Notes under the pieces: generated by a model
Databases searched by the model: none
Told to the model about the DNA's origin: nothing
What the model saw: only the letters and a program-made list of their open reading frames with translations
Program-made: the position numbers and the translations under genes
Shown here: piece after piece, positions 18,223-29,300 of the stretch
How the letters are laid out: each line of letters begins with the position of its first letter
Position numbering within the stretch: position 1 is the stretch's first letter
NCBI RefSeq assembly: GCF_947626835.1
Contig: NZ_CANQTS010000008.1
Coordinates: forward strand, 1,039-65,038
Origin: an uncultured Acinetobacter sp.
GTDB taxonomy: Bacteria > Pseudomonadota > Gammaproteobacteria > Pseudomonadales > Moraxellaceae
DNA: 64,000 nucleotides
Direction of reading: 5' to 3'

Positions 18223-19908
18223 TCACCCCTCCACTGCATTTTTACCACTGGCTTTAACTCTTAATAAACTTTGATCTGCTTTGGCAAGCAACTGCTTCCA
18301 TGAATCTCCCCCAAAAGCCACACCTGCACTCACCGAAACGCGTAAATCCTCATACCCTTCTACTTGGACTGGATGATGACTAATCGCACAACGTATTTTA
18401 TCGCCAATATACAAAGCATCGCCAAAAGCACATTTTTCTAAAATCACCACAAATTCATCACCGCCATAACGCACCACCAAATCCGTGCTTCTGACATTCG
18501 CTTGCAATTGCTGGGCAATATGGCGAATGACATCATCCCCCACCAAGTGCCCATACTGATCATTTACCTGCTTAAAGTTATCAATATCAACGATAATAAG
18601 CGCCGTGTCACTAAAGGCTTGGCTTGGGTGATTTTTTAATTTTAAGTATTCATCTAACGCAACTCGGTTAGACACTCCGGTTAAAGCGTCGGTATTGGCA
18701 ATATTTTTGAGTTTAAATGCCAAGGCATCACGTTGCTGTAAGGTCTGCTTCATACGTTCAATAGCATCTAGCAAAGTCACAGAATCATTTAAATCATGTT
18801 TATTTGCCGGGTCAACCAAATCAAGTAAAGTATTACGTGCCAATACTAAAGGTAAAAATACCTGATGACGTACATATAAAAAGGTAAAAATAACCGCGCC
18901 CAAACATAAAAATAGTATCAAACAAGAGACGATAAAATCGCGCTGTGCACCTTGCTTACGTGCTTCAACCACAGCCAAACGAGTCTTTAGCACATAATTT
19001 TGTAAATCCAATACAGCTGCAGAACTTTGCACTGCAATCATGGTCATTTCTTGAGTGGTATAACTATAAGGCTGTGCTTGACTACTTTGTTGTAATAAGG
19101 TGTCTATGAGCTGTTTGTTGTTCTGTAGCAACTGGATTTCAAGCGCTTGATAATACTTTTGAAATGCAGCATCTTTTGCACCCATGTACTCAATATTGCC
19201 AATTAATTTCCATAAATATTCAACTTGATATAACTGTTTTAAAGTCGCAATACGTTGCTGCTCATTAATTTTTTCAGAAAATGTGACAGGGGCTTTTAAA
19301 AAAGAGGTAATACGGCTAGTTTGGTCCTGTAGGTCACAGATCAATAAAAGCATGGCATAATGATAAGTGCTTTCCATACCATACGCTCTAGATTCAAGCA
19401 GCTTCTTTTTTAATAGCGTATGCGTCTTTTCCCATACATTAAATAAGCTTTGCAAATCTTGCATCAAGCGCTGTTGCGTACGCTGTTGGGGTGGCATTTT
19501 GATATACCGATCAAAATCAGCGCGCGCATTTTCCAAATGCGGTGTCACCTCATTTTTTAACTGATGCGCAATTTCAGAAAAACCTGATGCTTGCAAAATC
19601 TGTATGGTTTGCTGAATCTCTAGGTCTACTCGATCACGATGCTGCTGTAGTTGAGCTTGATAAATTGCTTGTGTTTCAGCACTGGCATGATGAACTAAAT
19701 TAATGGGTAAACGTTCACTGAGCATCGCCTGAGATAAATCTGACATGACCATGAGAGTTTGAATCTCAAGTAAAGTATAATTTGCTTTTTGATAGCTTTG
19801 ATAACTTTTAAAAATCAATGAGGTGGTCAGGATCAACAAGCAAATCACAATCACTAAAGTCGAGATATGCAAATGCGTGCGAATACGTTCAGAACGTAAT
19901 TTATACAT
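18223..19908 (-). CDS. Membrane-anchored diguanylate cyclase
   Basis: Two TM segments flanking a periplasmic region. DALTG, DIDNFKQVND, intact RYGGDEF with I-site RSTD. Confidence 0.92.
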   Translation of the reverse strand: MYKLRSERIRTHLHISTLVIVICLLILTTSLIFKSYQSYQKANYTLLEIQTLMVMSDLSQAMLSERLPINLVHHASAETQAIYQAQLQQHRDRVDLEIQQTIQILQASGFSEIAHQLKNEVTPHLENARADFDRYIKMPPQQRTQQRLMQDLQSLFNVWEKTHTLLKKKLLESRAYGMESTYHYAMLLLICDLQDQTSRITSFLKAPVTFSEKINEQQRIATLKQLYQVEYLWKLIGNIEYMGAKDAAFQKYYQALEIQLLQNNKQLIDTLLQQSSQAQPYSYTTQEMTMIAVQSSAAVLDLQNYVLKTRLAVVEARKQGAQRDFIVSCLILFLCLGAVIFTFLYVRHQVFLPLVLARNTLLDLVDPANKHDLNDSVTLLDAIERMKQTLQQRDALAFKLKNIANTDALTGVSNRVALDEYLKLKNHPSQAFSDTALIIVDIDNFKQVNDQYGHLVGDDVIRHIAQQLQANVRSTDLVVRYGGDEFVVILEKCAFGDALYIGDKIRCAISHHPVQVEGYEDLRVSVSAGVAFGGDSWKQLLAKADQSLLRVKASGKNAVEG

Positions 19909-20143
19909 GAATCTCTACGTCCTAAAACCAACAAATCAGGAAAAACATAGCTAAATTAGGCTGCTACTTTAAAACGAAAACATTTTGGCTGCTAGCGCTA
20001 TATTCATGCAGCAAGTAAAGATACGCACCATTATCGCTCATTTGCATACAAGATCACCTCCATTTCTCTACATATGTCATATTTCAGTGCTTTTCGATCC
20101 GCTAAAAAACGCTATTTTTTTGCTGATTTGCGGTAACAAAATA

Positions 20144-20172
20144 TTTACAGCTGCTACAAAGCGGTGCATAAT
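20144..20172 (+). promoter_or_regulatory. Sigma70 promoter with no downstream ORF
   Basis: TTTACA-17 bp-CATAAT. Confidence 0.5.
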
Positions 20173-20178
20173 GCACTT

Positions 20179-20274
20179 CATTAGGGCGAGTTGAAATATT
20201 CCTCAGCAGATTTTTTAACTTTCCCGCAGATTTTGGCTAAAAAACCCACTTTTCTTTGAAAAGTGGGTTTTTTT
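20179..20274 (+). ncRNA. Candidate sRNA of about 95 nt
   Basis: Lies between the promoter above and a strong hairpin AAAAAACCCACTTTTC-TTT-GAAAAGTGGGTTTTTTT; no ORF with an RBS inside. Confidence 0.45.
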
Positions 20275-20387
20275 ATGATGAAAATTTAATTCAAAAACCA
20301 TATTTCTGCACCAAAATAGCGCAATATTGAGTTAGATTGATAAGTTGTAAGCCAACTATCCACCATCAATGAGCAGGTAAAATGCGC

Positions 20388-20500
20388 AAAAAAAAGCCCA
20401 ACCTTGGGGAAAGCTGGGCGGATAAAAACAAATCACAATGGTTTTTTAAGCATTATATTCATTAAAAATAGAACATAATGTTATGAATAGAGTTCATTAA
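20388..20500 (-). ncRNA. Candidate sRNA divergent from omp33 (5' end uncertain)
   Basis: Orphan terminator GCCCAGC-TTTCCCCAAG-GTTGGGC-T8 at 20388-20419 on the minus strand, with no coding gene upstream on that strand before omp33. Confidence 0.4.
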
Positions 20501-20967
20501 GCCGACTAAACTAGTCAACTTTATGATAGAAATTATGGAAGAAAACTTCAGTGAAGTAAAGCACACTAAAAACACATGCTTTTTTTTTAATCACTCTATC
20601 TTTAAATAGTGTGTCAAACATCCCAATTTCAAACAATTTATTTTCTTTATCACAGTATTTTTCATAAAAAGTGACGGGTTTAAGGTTTAAATTATTTTAA
20701 AATGCCAAAATATTCACTTTTTTGGTTACATGAATATAACACTAAAAATGTTTTTAACAATTAAAAATTAATCATTGATCGTTTTTATTAATATTATTAT
20801 TTACGATATTGTTCCTGTATTTTTAATTTTTCTAGCTGCAATTTTACTTATTCTTTTGTTCTAAAAAGTTTTTTCCTGATATTGAGATTAAAACTCAAAT
20901 GTATGATTTTTAATCACTTAACACATATCATCTAGATAAAGCAAAATAATAATATCTTTCCAGTTCA

Positions 20968-20995
20968 TTGACTTAATGAAATGTTACAATAGAAT
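20968..20995 (+). promoter_or_regulatory. Putative omp33 promoter
   Basis: TTGACT-16 bp-TAGAAT, 46 nt upstream of the ATG. Confidence 0.5.
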
Positions 20996-21041
20996 TGGCT
21001 AAGCAAATTCAGTCCATTTTTAATTACAACTGGTATCTATT

Positions 21042-21932
21042 ATGAAAAAACTCGGTTTAGCCACTGCTTTATTATTAGCCGTAACCGGTGCTCAAGCTTA
21101 CCAATTTGAAGTACAAGGTCAATCTGAATACCTAGACACGACAGTAAATGACAAAGACTTTATTGGTGGTGTTCAAGCGACTTACTACTTTAAAAATGTT
21201 GATGCTGCTAAAGGTCCTTTAGCTGAAGCTGCTTTTTTAAACCATGCATCTAATATTGCTGTTGCTTATAACTATGCTGAATTAGGTAACGAAGGCCTTG
21301 ACGTTGTAGCGCATAACATGGGCGCTAAAGGTGAAGTTTACATCCCAACTTCAGTGGTACCTGTATATGCAAGTGCATCTTACAGCGCAACGATTGCTGA
21401 TGCTAAAAACCAAATCACTAAACAACTTGGTTTTGAAGACAACGGCGACCGTTATGCATTAGAACTTGGTGCTTTAGCACTACCTAACTTCTTGGTTGCT
21501 GTAGGTTACACAAGCGCTGCGAACCAACAAGCATTTGACGCATTCAAAGTTGCAAACAACGGTGTTGTTGCAGGCTATGGCGAGTCTTTAACTTTAGGTG
21601 AAGACCAAGACGCAATCACTGCACGTACTAAATACGTAGGTGATATTGACGGTACTAACATGTCAGTTGCTTTTGAATCTGGCTTAGTTTATGGCGATGA
21701 GACTGCATTTAACTTAGGTTCTACACTTTATGTAACACCTAAATTAGGCTTAGGCGTTGCTTACTACGAATCTAGCTTTGCAGCTTCTCCAGATTCAGCT
21801 TTAGCTGCAAATGTAAACTACTTCATTACACCAGCTGTTGCTGTTGGTGCTTCATTTGTTAAAGCAAATGCTGAAGACAACTCTGTATTGGATACAGAAA
21901 CTGTTGGCTTAAATGCTAAATTCCGTTTCTAA
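21042..21932 (+). CDS. omp33: Omp33-36 family outer-membrane porin
   Basis: MKKLGLATA signal peptide, YQFEVQGQSEY, KGPLAEAAFLN, C-terminal GLNAKFRF, as recalled for Acinetobacter Omp33-36. Confidence 0.9.
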   Translation: MKKLGLATALLLAVTGAQAYQFEVQGQSEYLDTTVNDKDFIGGVQATYYFKNVDAAKGPLAEAAFLNHASNIAVAYNYAELGNEGLDVVAHNMGAKGEVYIPTSVVPVYASASYSATIADAKNQITKQLGFEDNGDRYALELGALALPNFLVAVGYTSAANQQAFDAFKVANNGVVAGYGESLTLGEDQDAITARTKYVGDIDGTNMSVAFESGLVYGDETAFNLGSTLYVTPKLGLGVAYYESSFAASPDSALAANVNYFITPAVAVGASFVKANAEDNSVLDTETVGLNAKFRF

Positions 21933-21951
21933 TTTAAATTAGATTCTGAAT

Positions 21952-21980
21952 AAAAAAGGACGCTTAGCGTCCTTTTTTTT
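21952..21980. terminator. Bidirectional terminator
   Basis: AAAAAAGGACGC-TTA-GCGTCCTTTTTTTT. Confidence 0.85.
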
Positions 21981-21990
21981 ATCTGTCATG

Positions 21991-22665
21991 CTAAATTTTT
22001 CTTTCGCCAATATATTGCAGCGCAATTAAACGTGACACGATCACGGCTAAATACATCACGCCACAAAACATTTGTACAATCGCCAAAACGCGCGCAAAGG
22101 GAGTTAATGGCATTAAGTCAGATAAGCCTGTAGCCGATTGCAGACTAAAGCTTAAAAATAACAAGTCTAACCATTGCTGTTGCTGTGCAATGCTGTCTAA
22201 GCTAAAACTATATGGGATCAGCAATTGGCAGCTACTGTATAAAAATGCAAAACCCCATGCCAATAAGGTAAATACAGCACCTGCGGCAAACAATTCATCT
22301 AACGTTAAATAACGATCTTCAAACATATAACGCAATAAACCATACGCTGCACTAAAATAAGCAAAAGCCTCAAACACATGCGCCAATATTTGCACCCAGC
22401 TTTGATCTATCCCAATTAAAATCAAGCCAGAAAACAACACCGCTAAACTTACAAAGCTTAAGCCTAAAAATGTAAATACGGGCGTTTGGCGGATCACTTT
22501 TGCAATCACTAATAATGCCAACACCCCAAGCACCCAAGTCACCACTCGATACGACTGGCTATAAGAGCTAAACATAGCCAATATCAACATCAGGCTTTGT
22601 AAAAGTAACAGCCAAGCTGAAGGAAGCCGTTTAAAAGTGCACCAAAAATTAACAAATGCCTGCAT
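21991..22665 (-). CDS. Potassium-channel-family (Ion_trans_2) membrane protein with a non-canonical filter
   Basis: Several TMs, then pore helix FLSFSLQSATGLSDLMP and inner helix. Confidence 0.75.
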   Translation of the reverse strand: MQAFVNFWCTFKRLPSAWLLLLQSLMLILAMFSSYSQSYRVVTWVLGVLALLVIAKVIRQTPVFTFLGLSFVSLAVLFSGLILIGIDQSWVQILAHVFEAFAYFSAAYGLLRYMFEDRYLTLDELFAAGAVFTLLAWGFAFLYSSCQLLIPYSFSLDSIAQQQQWLDLLFLSFSLQSATGLSDLMPLTPFARVLAIVQMFCGVMYLAVIVSRLIALQYIGERKI

Positions 22666-22739
22666 AGCGTGTTTACTGTTGTGTTTTTATACGCAGTTAA
22701 CTTAGCATGAGCCAAGTGCTTTACTGAGCAAAATATTGT

Positions 22740-23252
22740 ATGAAAATCACAGCCAAAATTCGTCAAGAAATTACTGCCATTGAATTACGAGAAGATTTAT
22801 CTCACGCTAAGAAAATCTCCAATATTACCCACATTGCTTGCGCAACATGTGCAGGCGTCTCCATTCAACCCTTGCCGTTTGCCGATATTTTGTTACTGAC
22901 TCCATTACAAGGTTATTTTGCCAGTCGTATTGCTGCGATTCATGGTGTTCCCATTAGTGAAAATGAGGCGCTTGATTGGGTCAAAGAAATTGTTGCTTTG
23001 GCAGGTTTAGGCATGTTGGCACAGCAATTGGCGCTTGGGGTTTGGAAAACCGTAAGTTTTGGTTTTGGCGGTTTGCTGTCCATTCCGTTGGTGTATGCCC
23101 TCACCTATGCAATTATGAAAGTGGCCGATGTCTATTTTGCGCATAAAGCTAAAAATGAAAAAATCAGCGAAGCACAGATTAAAGCGATTTGGCAGCAGGC
23201 TTTTCAACAAGGACAACAACGCGCCAAAGCGCAAAAAAAGCAGGAGGATTAA
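22740..23252 (+). CDS. DUF697/YcjF-family protein
   Basis: QPLPFADILLLTPLQ motif and Gly-rich hydrophobic hairpin. Confidence 0.75.
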   Translation: MKITAKIRQEITAIELREDLSHAKKISNITHIACATCAGVSIQPLPFADILLLTPLQGYFASRIAAIHGVPISENEALDWVKEIVALAGLGMLAQQLALGVWKTVSFGFGGLLSIPLVYALTYAIMKVADVYFAHKAKNEKISEAQIKAIWQQAFQQGQQRAKAQKKQED

Positions 23253-24092
23253 ATGTCTCAGGCTTATCATTATTTAAATCGTCAGCTAAATACGCTTGAG
23301 ATTACCCAAAGTTTGCTAGATGTTGTGCAATCTCATTCACTTTCATCACAAACACATGTGGTGATTTTGGCACTGCGTTTTGCTGTAGAAGAAGTAAAAG
23401 ATTACGATGCAGCTTTGATTCAAGACTATTTACAAACCATTGATGCAAATCAGATTGTCGCTTTGGTTAAAAATATCAAGACACAGCTGTCTTTGCTGGA
23501 GTGCTTAAAACTCCAACATGAACAAGACATGCTGTATGTGGCTTATCCCAAAACTCATAGCAATACACTTGAAGTGTATTTACATAGCCAAGACTTAGAT
23601 GCTGTTTGCTTAACCTTATCAGTCTTTGGGCAAGCGGCATGGTCAGTTAAAAACCCTGAAGAACATGCCATTGGTGGCGTTGAAATATTACATTCTTTGC
23701 AAGATGAAAATGCACCTAATCATAAAGTGATGCTACAAAATGTGGAAGATGCGATTGATCTATGGGTAACGGCCAAAGATCCAAACGATGAGCATTTTTG
23801 GGAGTATTTTCCAGCCATTTCTGTGCTGAGTGTGTCTTTAGCGATTTATGAATTGTTCAAACGCTATCAACGTCAAGAGATGAGTTGGCAACAATTTCAA
23901 TGGATGGCCGCAAAAGTCTCAGGACTGAAAGTCAGTAAAATTGCTTTGATTGGCGTGTTACTGAGTCTACCTGTTGTAGGACAAGTAACAGGTGCTTACT
24001 TAGTGGCGCGTTTATTGCTGAGTGCCAAAGCCACTTGGTTTGAAAAAGATGCTGTTTTTTATCGTTATTTAAAGCATAAATCTAAACCCTAA
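23253..24092 (+). CDS. Hypothetical protein with C-terminal hydrophobic helices
   Basis: 279-aa ORF abutting DUF697 (TAA ATG), host-like codon use, followed by a terminator. Confidence 0.75.
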   Translation: MSQAYHYLNRQLNTLEITQSLLDVVQSHSLSSQTHVVILALRFAVEEVKDYDAALIQDYLQTIDANQIVALVKNIKTQLSLLECLKLQHEQDMLYVAYPKTHSNTLEVYLHSQDLDAVCLTLSVFGQAAWSVKNPEEHAIGGVEILHSLQDENAPNHKVMLQNVEDAIDLWVTAKDPNDEHFWEYFPAISVLSVSLAIYELFKRYQRQEMSWQQFQWMAAKVSGLKVSKIALIGVLLSLPVVGQVTGAYLVARLLLSAKATWFEKDAVFYRYLKHKSKP

Positions 24093-24099
24093 ATCACAT

Positions 24100-24127
24100 A
24101 AAAAAAGCCCCAAATGGGGCTTTTTTT
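24100..24127. terminator. Bidirectional terminator
   Basis: A7-GCCCC-AAAT-GGGGC-T7. Confidence 0.85.
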
Positions 24128-24140
24128 AAGGTGTTATCAC

Positions 24141-25847
24141 TTAGTGATCTGAAGCACCTGAGATACCAATACCTGTTTGTGAACGTACAAACTGCGCATC
24201 GAAAGCACGGCGTTCTTCTTGAGCTTGCGCTGAGTTATCTGTCACAGAGAACAACCAGCAGCAGAAGAATGCTAAAGGCATTGCAAATAATGCAGGACCA
24301 TTGTATGGGTTAACTGGTGTATCAGAAATACCCAATGTATCTACCCATACTGCTTTAGATAAGATAATCAATAGTACCGCGAGTACTAGACCAACCACGC
24401 CACCCATGACTGCACCGCGTGTGGTTAACCCTTTCCAGAACATTGACAATACAAGCACTGGGAAGTTGGCACAAGCAGCAACAGAGAAGGCAAGACCCAC
24501 CATGAAGGCAACGTTTTGTTTTTCGAAAATGATACCTAAAACCATGGCAAAGATTGCTAAACCTAAAGTTGCAATTTTTGACATACGTAATTCAGATTCA
24601 GGTGTAGTTTGACCTTTCTTAAATACGTTGGCATATAAGTCGTGTGAAATCGCTGAAGCACCTGATAGGGTTAAACCTGCAACCACGGCTAAGATTGTGG
24701 CAAACGCAACCGCAGAGATAAAGCCCATGAACAAGTCACCGCCCACTGCATCAGATAAATGCACCGCAGCCATGTTGTTACCGCCCACAAGTTCTAATTT
24801 ACCTGTCACTGCCATTTTAGCAACGTCAAGGAACTGTGGATTGTTTGATACGTAAAGGATTGCACCAAAACCAATAATGAAGGTTAATAGGTAGAAGTAA
24901 CCAATGAAACCTGTTGCAACCACAACTGATTTACGTGCTTCTTTAGCATCTTTTACCGTAAAGAAACGCATCAAGATGTGTGGTAAACCTGCTGTACCAA
25001 ACATCAACGCTAAACCTAAAGAAATCGCATCAATTGGATTCGAAGCTAAGCTACCTGGACCCATGATTTTTGCAGCATCTGTTAAGTTTAAGTCATGTAC
25101 TTTAGAGAACACTTGAATAGATTGTTCAAACATGTTGGTAAAGCTAAAGCCTACACCTTTCATCACAATAAATGCCATGAAAGTTGCGCCAGACAATAAC
25201 ATTACAGCTTTAATGATCTGTACCCATGTCGTGGCTAACATACCGCCAAACATCACATACGCCATCATTAACAAGCCAACAATCACCACTGCAAGGTTGT
25301 AGTTCAAACCAAACAGCAATTTGATGAGCTGACCTGCACCGACCATCTGTGCAATAAGGTAGAACGCCACAACCACCAATGAGCTGACCGCAGCCAAAGT
25401 ACGCACTGGTTTTTCTTGTAAGCGGAAAGATACCACGTCAGATAAGTTAAATTTACCTAAGTTACGTAGACGTTCAGCCACCAAGAATAAAACGATAGGC
25501 CAACCCACCATAAAGCCCAGTGAATACAGCAAGCCGTCAAAGCCCGACATAAACACCATGGCTGAAATACCCAAGAACGATGCAGCCGACATATAGTCAC
25601 CAGCAATTGCTAAACCGTTTTGGAAACCTGAAATCCCGCCACCTGCAGTATAGAAATCATTGGTGCTGGTGGTTTGTTTAGCAGCCCATTTGGTAATAAA
25701 TAAGGTACCCCCTACAAAGATCATAAACATGATAATTGCAGGCCAGTTGGTCGGTTGTTGTTCTGCTGCACCTAAGTCAGGACCTGCAAATGCTAATCCT
25801 GAAGTCAGCAACATAGTTGCTGCGGCAAAAATTTTAGATTTGATCAT
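24141..25847 (-). CDS. actP: Cation/acetate symporter (SSS family)
   Basis: [33 protein letters not shown]; preceded by DUF485. Confidence 0.95.
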   Translation of the reverse strand: MIKSKIFAAATMLLTSGLAFAGPDLGAAEQQPTNWPAIIMFMIFVGGTLFITKWAAKQTTSTNDFYTAGGGISGFQNGLAIAGDYMSAASFLGISAMVFMSGFDGLLYSLGFMVGWPIVLFLVAERLRNLGKFNLSDVVSFRLQEKPVRTLAAVSSLVVVAFYLIAQMVGAGQLIKLLFGLNYNLAVVIVGLLMMAYVMFGGMLATTWVQIIKAVMLLSGATFMAFIVMKGVGFSFTNMFEQSIQVFSKVHDLNLTDAAKIMGPGSLASNPIDAISLGLALMFGTAGLPHILMRFFTVKDAKEARKSVVVATGFIGYFYLLTFIIGFGAILYVSNNPQFLDVAKMAVTGKLELVGGNNMAAVHLSDAVGGDLFMGFISAVAFATILAVVAGLTLSGASAISHDLYANVFKKGQTTPESELRMSKIATLGLAIFAMVLGIIFEKQNVAFMVGLAFSVAACANFPVLVLSMFWKGLTTRGAVMGGVVGLVLAVLLIILSKAVWVDTLGISDTPVNPYNGPALFAMPLAFFCCWLFSVTDNSAQAQEERRAFDAQFVRSQTGIGISGASDH

Positions 25848-26179
25848 GCATTTGGTCCTTTTTCTTTGGCAATTGCTTCAACTTCACGAATCGCTTCATT
25901 GTTTAAACTGTCGAGTTTGTTGTTGGCAATGTACGAATACACACCACACAGCACAAAGGACAACACAATGATGCCAAGACCTAATGGAATCCCAATGGTG
26001 GTAACGCCACCGCTTAACGATTGCAATAAGAACTCTTTGTTGTAGCCTACCAATAGCATGAAACCAACATAAGCAAACAGCATGATTGCCGTGAGCGTCC
26101 AGCTCAAGCGACTTTTTCGTGCCACCATTTCTTTGAATTTTGGATTTTGTAGAATACGATCTACATGAGCCTGATCCAT
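25844..26179 (-). CDS. DUF485 (YjcH-like) membrane protein
   Basis: [16 protein letters not shown] plus two TMs; ATGA overlap with actP. Confidence 0.9.
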   Translation of the reverse strand: MDQAHVDRILQNPKFKEMVARKSRLSWTLTAIMLFAYVGFMLLVGYNKEFLLQSLSGGVTTIGIPLGLGIIVLSFVLCGVYSYIANNKLDSLNNEAIREVEAIAKEKGPNA

Positions 26180-26272
26180 TTTTGTACTCCCTGCGCGAAA
26201 ACCGTTCGGCGCGATTTTTTAATTAGAATTCTTCCTGATGCCAAAGTAACAATGTGCAGGCTGCTTGTAATT

Positions 26273-26286
26273 TAGACTTTGGTCGT
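26273..26286. promoter_or_regulatory. Candidate CrbR/ErdR binding site
   Basis: TAGAC-TTTG-GTCGT (GAC-N4-GTC dyad), 94 nt upstream of the DUF485-actP start; matches the motif recalled for CrbR targets. Confidence 0.55.
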
Positions 26287-26362
26287 TAAATTTTAATCAA
26301 TTTCGACTGACCAGTTTATGAATAAGCTATCATAGCCGCATAATCGGTACGCTCTAGGCAAT

Positions 26363-29300
26363 ATGAACAGTTGGCTCATTATGGGGGTGTTAGCCCTCTA
26401 TATCGCACTCCTCTTTATCTGTGCATTTTTTGGTGAAAAACATGCCAGTCGTTTAAGTACTCGCGGTCGCATGCTTTTGTTTAGCTTAACTTTAGGCGTG
26501 TATTGCTCGTCATGGACATTTTATGGGGCGACTGGAGCGGCTGTTCGTGAAGGCATTATTTTTCTGCCCATTTACTTAGGTCCATTGTTATTTATTGCAG
26601 TCGGTTACGATATTTGGCGCCGTCTTGGGCGGGTGCGCCAACATCATGCTATTTCCTCGATTGCCGATTTTGTCGCTGCACGTTACGGTAAAAGCGGCTC
26701 GCTTGCCTCTTTAGTCACCATTCTTGCCGTTATTGCTATTATTCCTTATTTAGCACTGCAACTACGCGCAATTGCCTTAAGTGCCACGGTCATTATGGAC
26801 AGCCCAACTAGCATGGCCTCCACCAGTAACGGGGTATTGTTCTTAACCGCTGTTTTGGCTATTTTGGCCATGATTTTTGGCACACGACAAATTGCCAACA
26901 CCGAGCAACATGGTGGCTTAATGTTAGCGGTCGCCTTTGAGTCTTTTGTTAAACTGTTTGCTCTGATTGCAGTGGCATTGTTTTTTATTTTTGCCGAGCC
27001 GGGAAATTTACAACAGATTTCACGTGATACATTAAATACATTCCAAGAAGTACAATTATTTGGTGTACCAGATACCTTTTGGGTACAAACTTTGTTGGCT
27101 GCTTTAGCGATTATTTGTTTGCCACGTCAATTCCATGTGGCTGTGGTTGAGCTGCGTGATGAAAAACATATTCGTGGCGCACGGCGTTGGTTTGCCACCT
27201 ATTTAATTTTAACCACCATTGCCATTATTCCAATTGCCAGTTGGGCACTGCATGCAGCACCTGAATACTTGGCCATTCCTGATGTGGCGGTTTTATCGCT
27301 ACCTTTAAGTTATAACCAAGATTGGCTAAGTATTTTGGCTTTCTTGGGTGGTTTTTCTGCCTCCACGGGCATGCTTTTGGTGTCATCGGTGGCACTGTCA
27401 ATTATGCTCAGTAACGATTTGATCATGCCGGCATTGTGGCGTTTAGGCTTATTGTCACGTCATGATAAGCGTCTACCTTTGGTGCTTAAATTTACTCGCC
27501 GTGTCTGTATTTTAGCGGTGATGTTGTTGGGCTTTTTATTCTTCCACTTCTTTAATGATATTGACCAATTGTCTGTATTTGGGCTGTTGGCTTTTAGTGC
27601 TGTAGCACAATTTGCGCCGGCTTTAATTGGAGGTCTATATTGGCGTGGTGGCAGTAAACAAGGCGTCTATGCAGGTTTAATTATTGGCTTTGTGATGTGG
27701 GCATATACCCTATTCTTGCCAACTGTCTTACGCAGTTTACCTGAGGCCTACTTTGCCATGAGTCATGCCTTTTTGCATCAAGGTCCACTGGGTTTAGTGT
27801 GGTTACGCCCTGAAGCCTTACTTGGCTTTGAATCATTTGCGCCACTAACTCACGGTGTGCTGTGGTCATTGGGCTTAAATATTGTGCTCTATGTCTGGGT
27901 GTCACGCATTTTCCGCCCTAGTATTGCCGAGCAAATTCAAGCCGAAAGTTTCTTTTATTACGAAACCAAACCGCTACTTGCGCAAAATACCTCAACCGAT
28001 ATGACCTACTTGCATCACGACGTGGCACGTTTAAAAGTAGGTGACTTAATTGCGCTTGCCAAACGTATCACTGGCGAGGGACCGACCGTTCAGGCATTTC
28101 AACAATTTTGTGCCCAAAATAATGTGGTACTTAATGAAAGTAGCAGTGCCAACGGTATGTGGTGGCGTTTTACCGAACAATACTTAGCAGGCACCATTGG
28201 TGCAGCTTCGGCACGTACTTTACTCACCACTGCCATGGTCAATAATGGCTTGGCTTTAGGACAAGTGGCCAATATTTTAGACCAAGCGTCACAGTGGCAG
28301 CGTTTTAATCAAAACTTAATTATGACCATGATTGACCATATGACCCAAGGGGTAAGTGTGGTCGATGCCAACATGTGCTTAGTGGCGTGGAATAATCAAT
28401 ATTTAAAACTTTTCGATTATCCAAAAGATATTGTATATGTGGGCTGTCCAATTGCCGATTTGATTCGTTATAACGCCGAACGTGGTGAATGTGGTCCCGG
28501 CTCTATTGAAGAACATGTGCGTAAACGTATTCATTGGATGAAAGTAGGCAGCGCACATGAATTTGAACGGGTACGTAAAGATGGTCGCGTAATCCAAATG
28601 CGCGGTAATCCAATTGAAGGTGGCGGCTTTGTCACCACCTTTGCCGACATTACCACCTTCCGTGAAAATGAAGCGTTGCTTGAAGGTCGTGTACAAGATC
28701 GTACCCAACAGCTTGCCGATGCGCTTGCCGAACAACAGTTAGCCCGTGAACAAGCTGACAAAGCCAACATGTCTAAAAGTCGCTTTATTGCCGCGGCAAG
28801 TCACGACCTTTTACAACCCATGCATGCCGCACGTTTGTTTAGTACCGCACTTGAGCAAAGCATCCAATCTGATGAAGATCGTAAAATCCTCCAGCAGCTT
28901 GATCGCTCCTTACATGGGGCAGAAAGTATGTTGTCGGCATTATTGGACATTGCGCGTTTAGAAGGCGGTACTATTCAACCAAATCGTCAGCCGTATCCAT
29001 TACATGATTTACTCAGCGATTTAGACTTACAATTTAAATCAATTGCTGCACAGCGTGGCATTCAATTTAAAGTGCATGATGTGCAATTTTGGATTGATAC
29101 CGATCCTCAATGGATTCGTCGTATTATTCAAAACTTTGTCAGTAATGCACTGCGTTATACCGCCAAAGGTCGCGTCATTGTTGGTGTACTACGCTCAGCA
29201 GAGCGTCCGCAACATATTCGGATTGGGGTATGGGATACAGGTCCCGGCATTGCAGAACAACAACGTATTAAATTGTTCCAAGAGTTTGAACGTTGTGGAC

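Noticed and set aside
19985-20194. 69-aa plus-strand ORF
   Set aside because: TTG start with no RBS, atypical composition, and overlap with a better-supported promoter.
20226-20239. Exact 14-nt match GCAGATTTTGGCTA between the sRNA candidate and the TMEM165 leader (minus strand 50946-50933)
   Set aside because: The match is same-sense, so it cannot base-pair. It was found post hoc and is probably chance; revisit only if conserved in other species.
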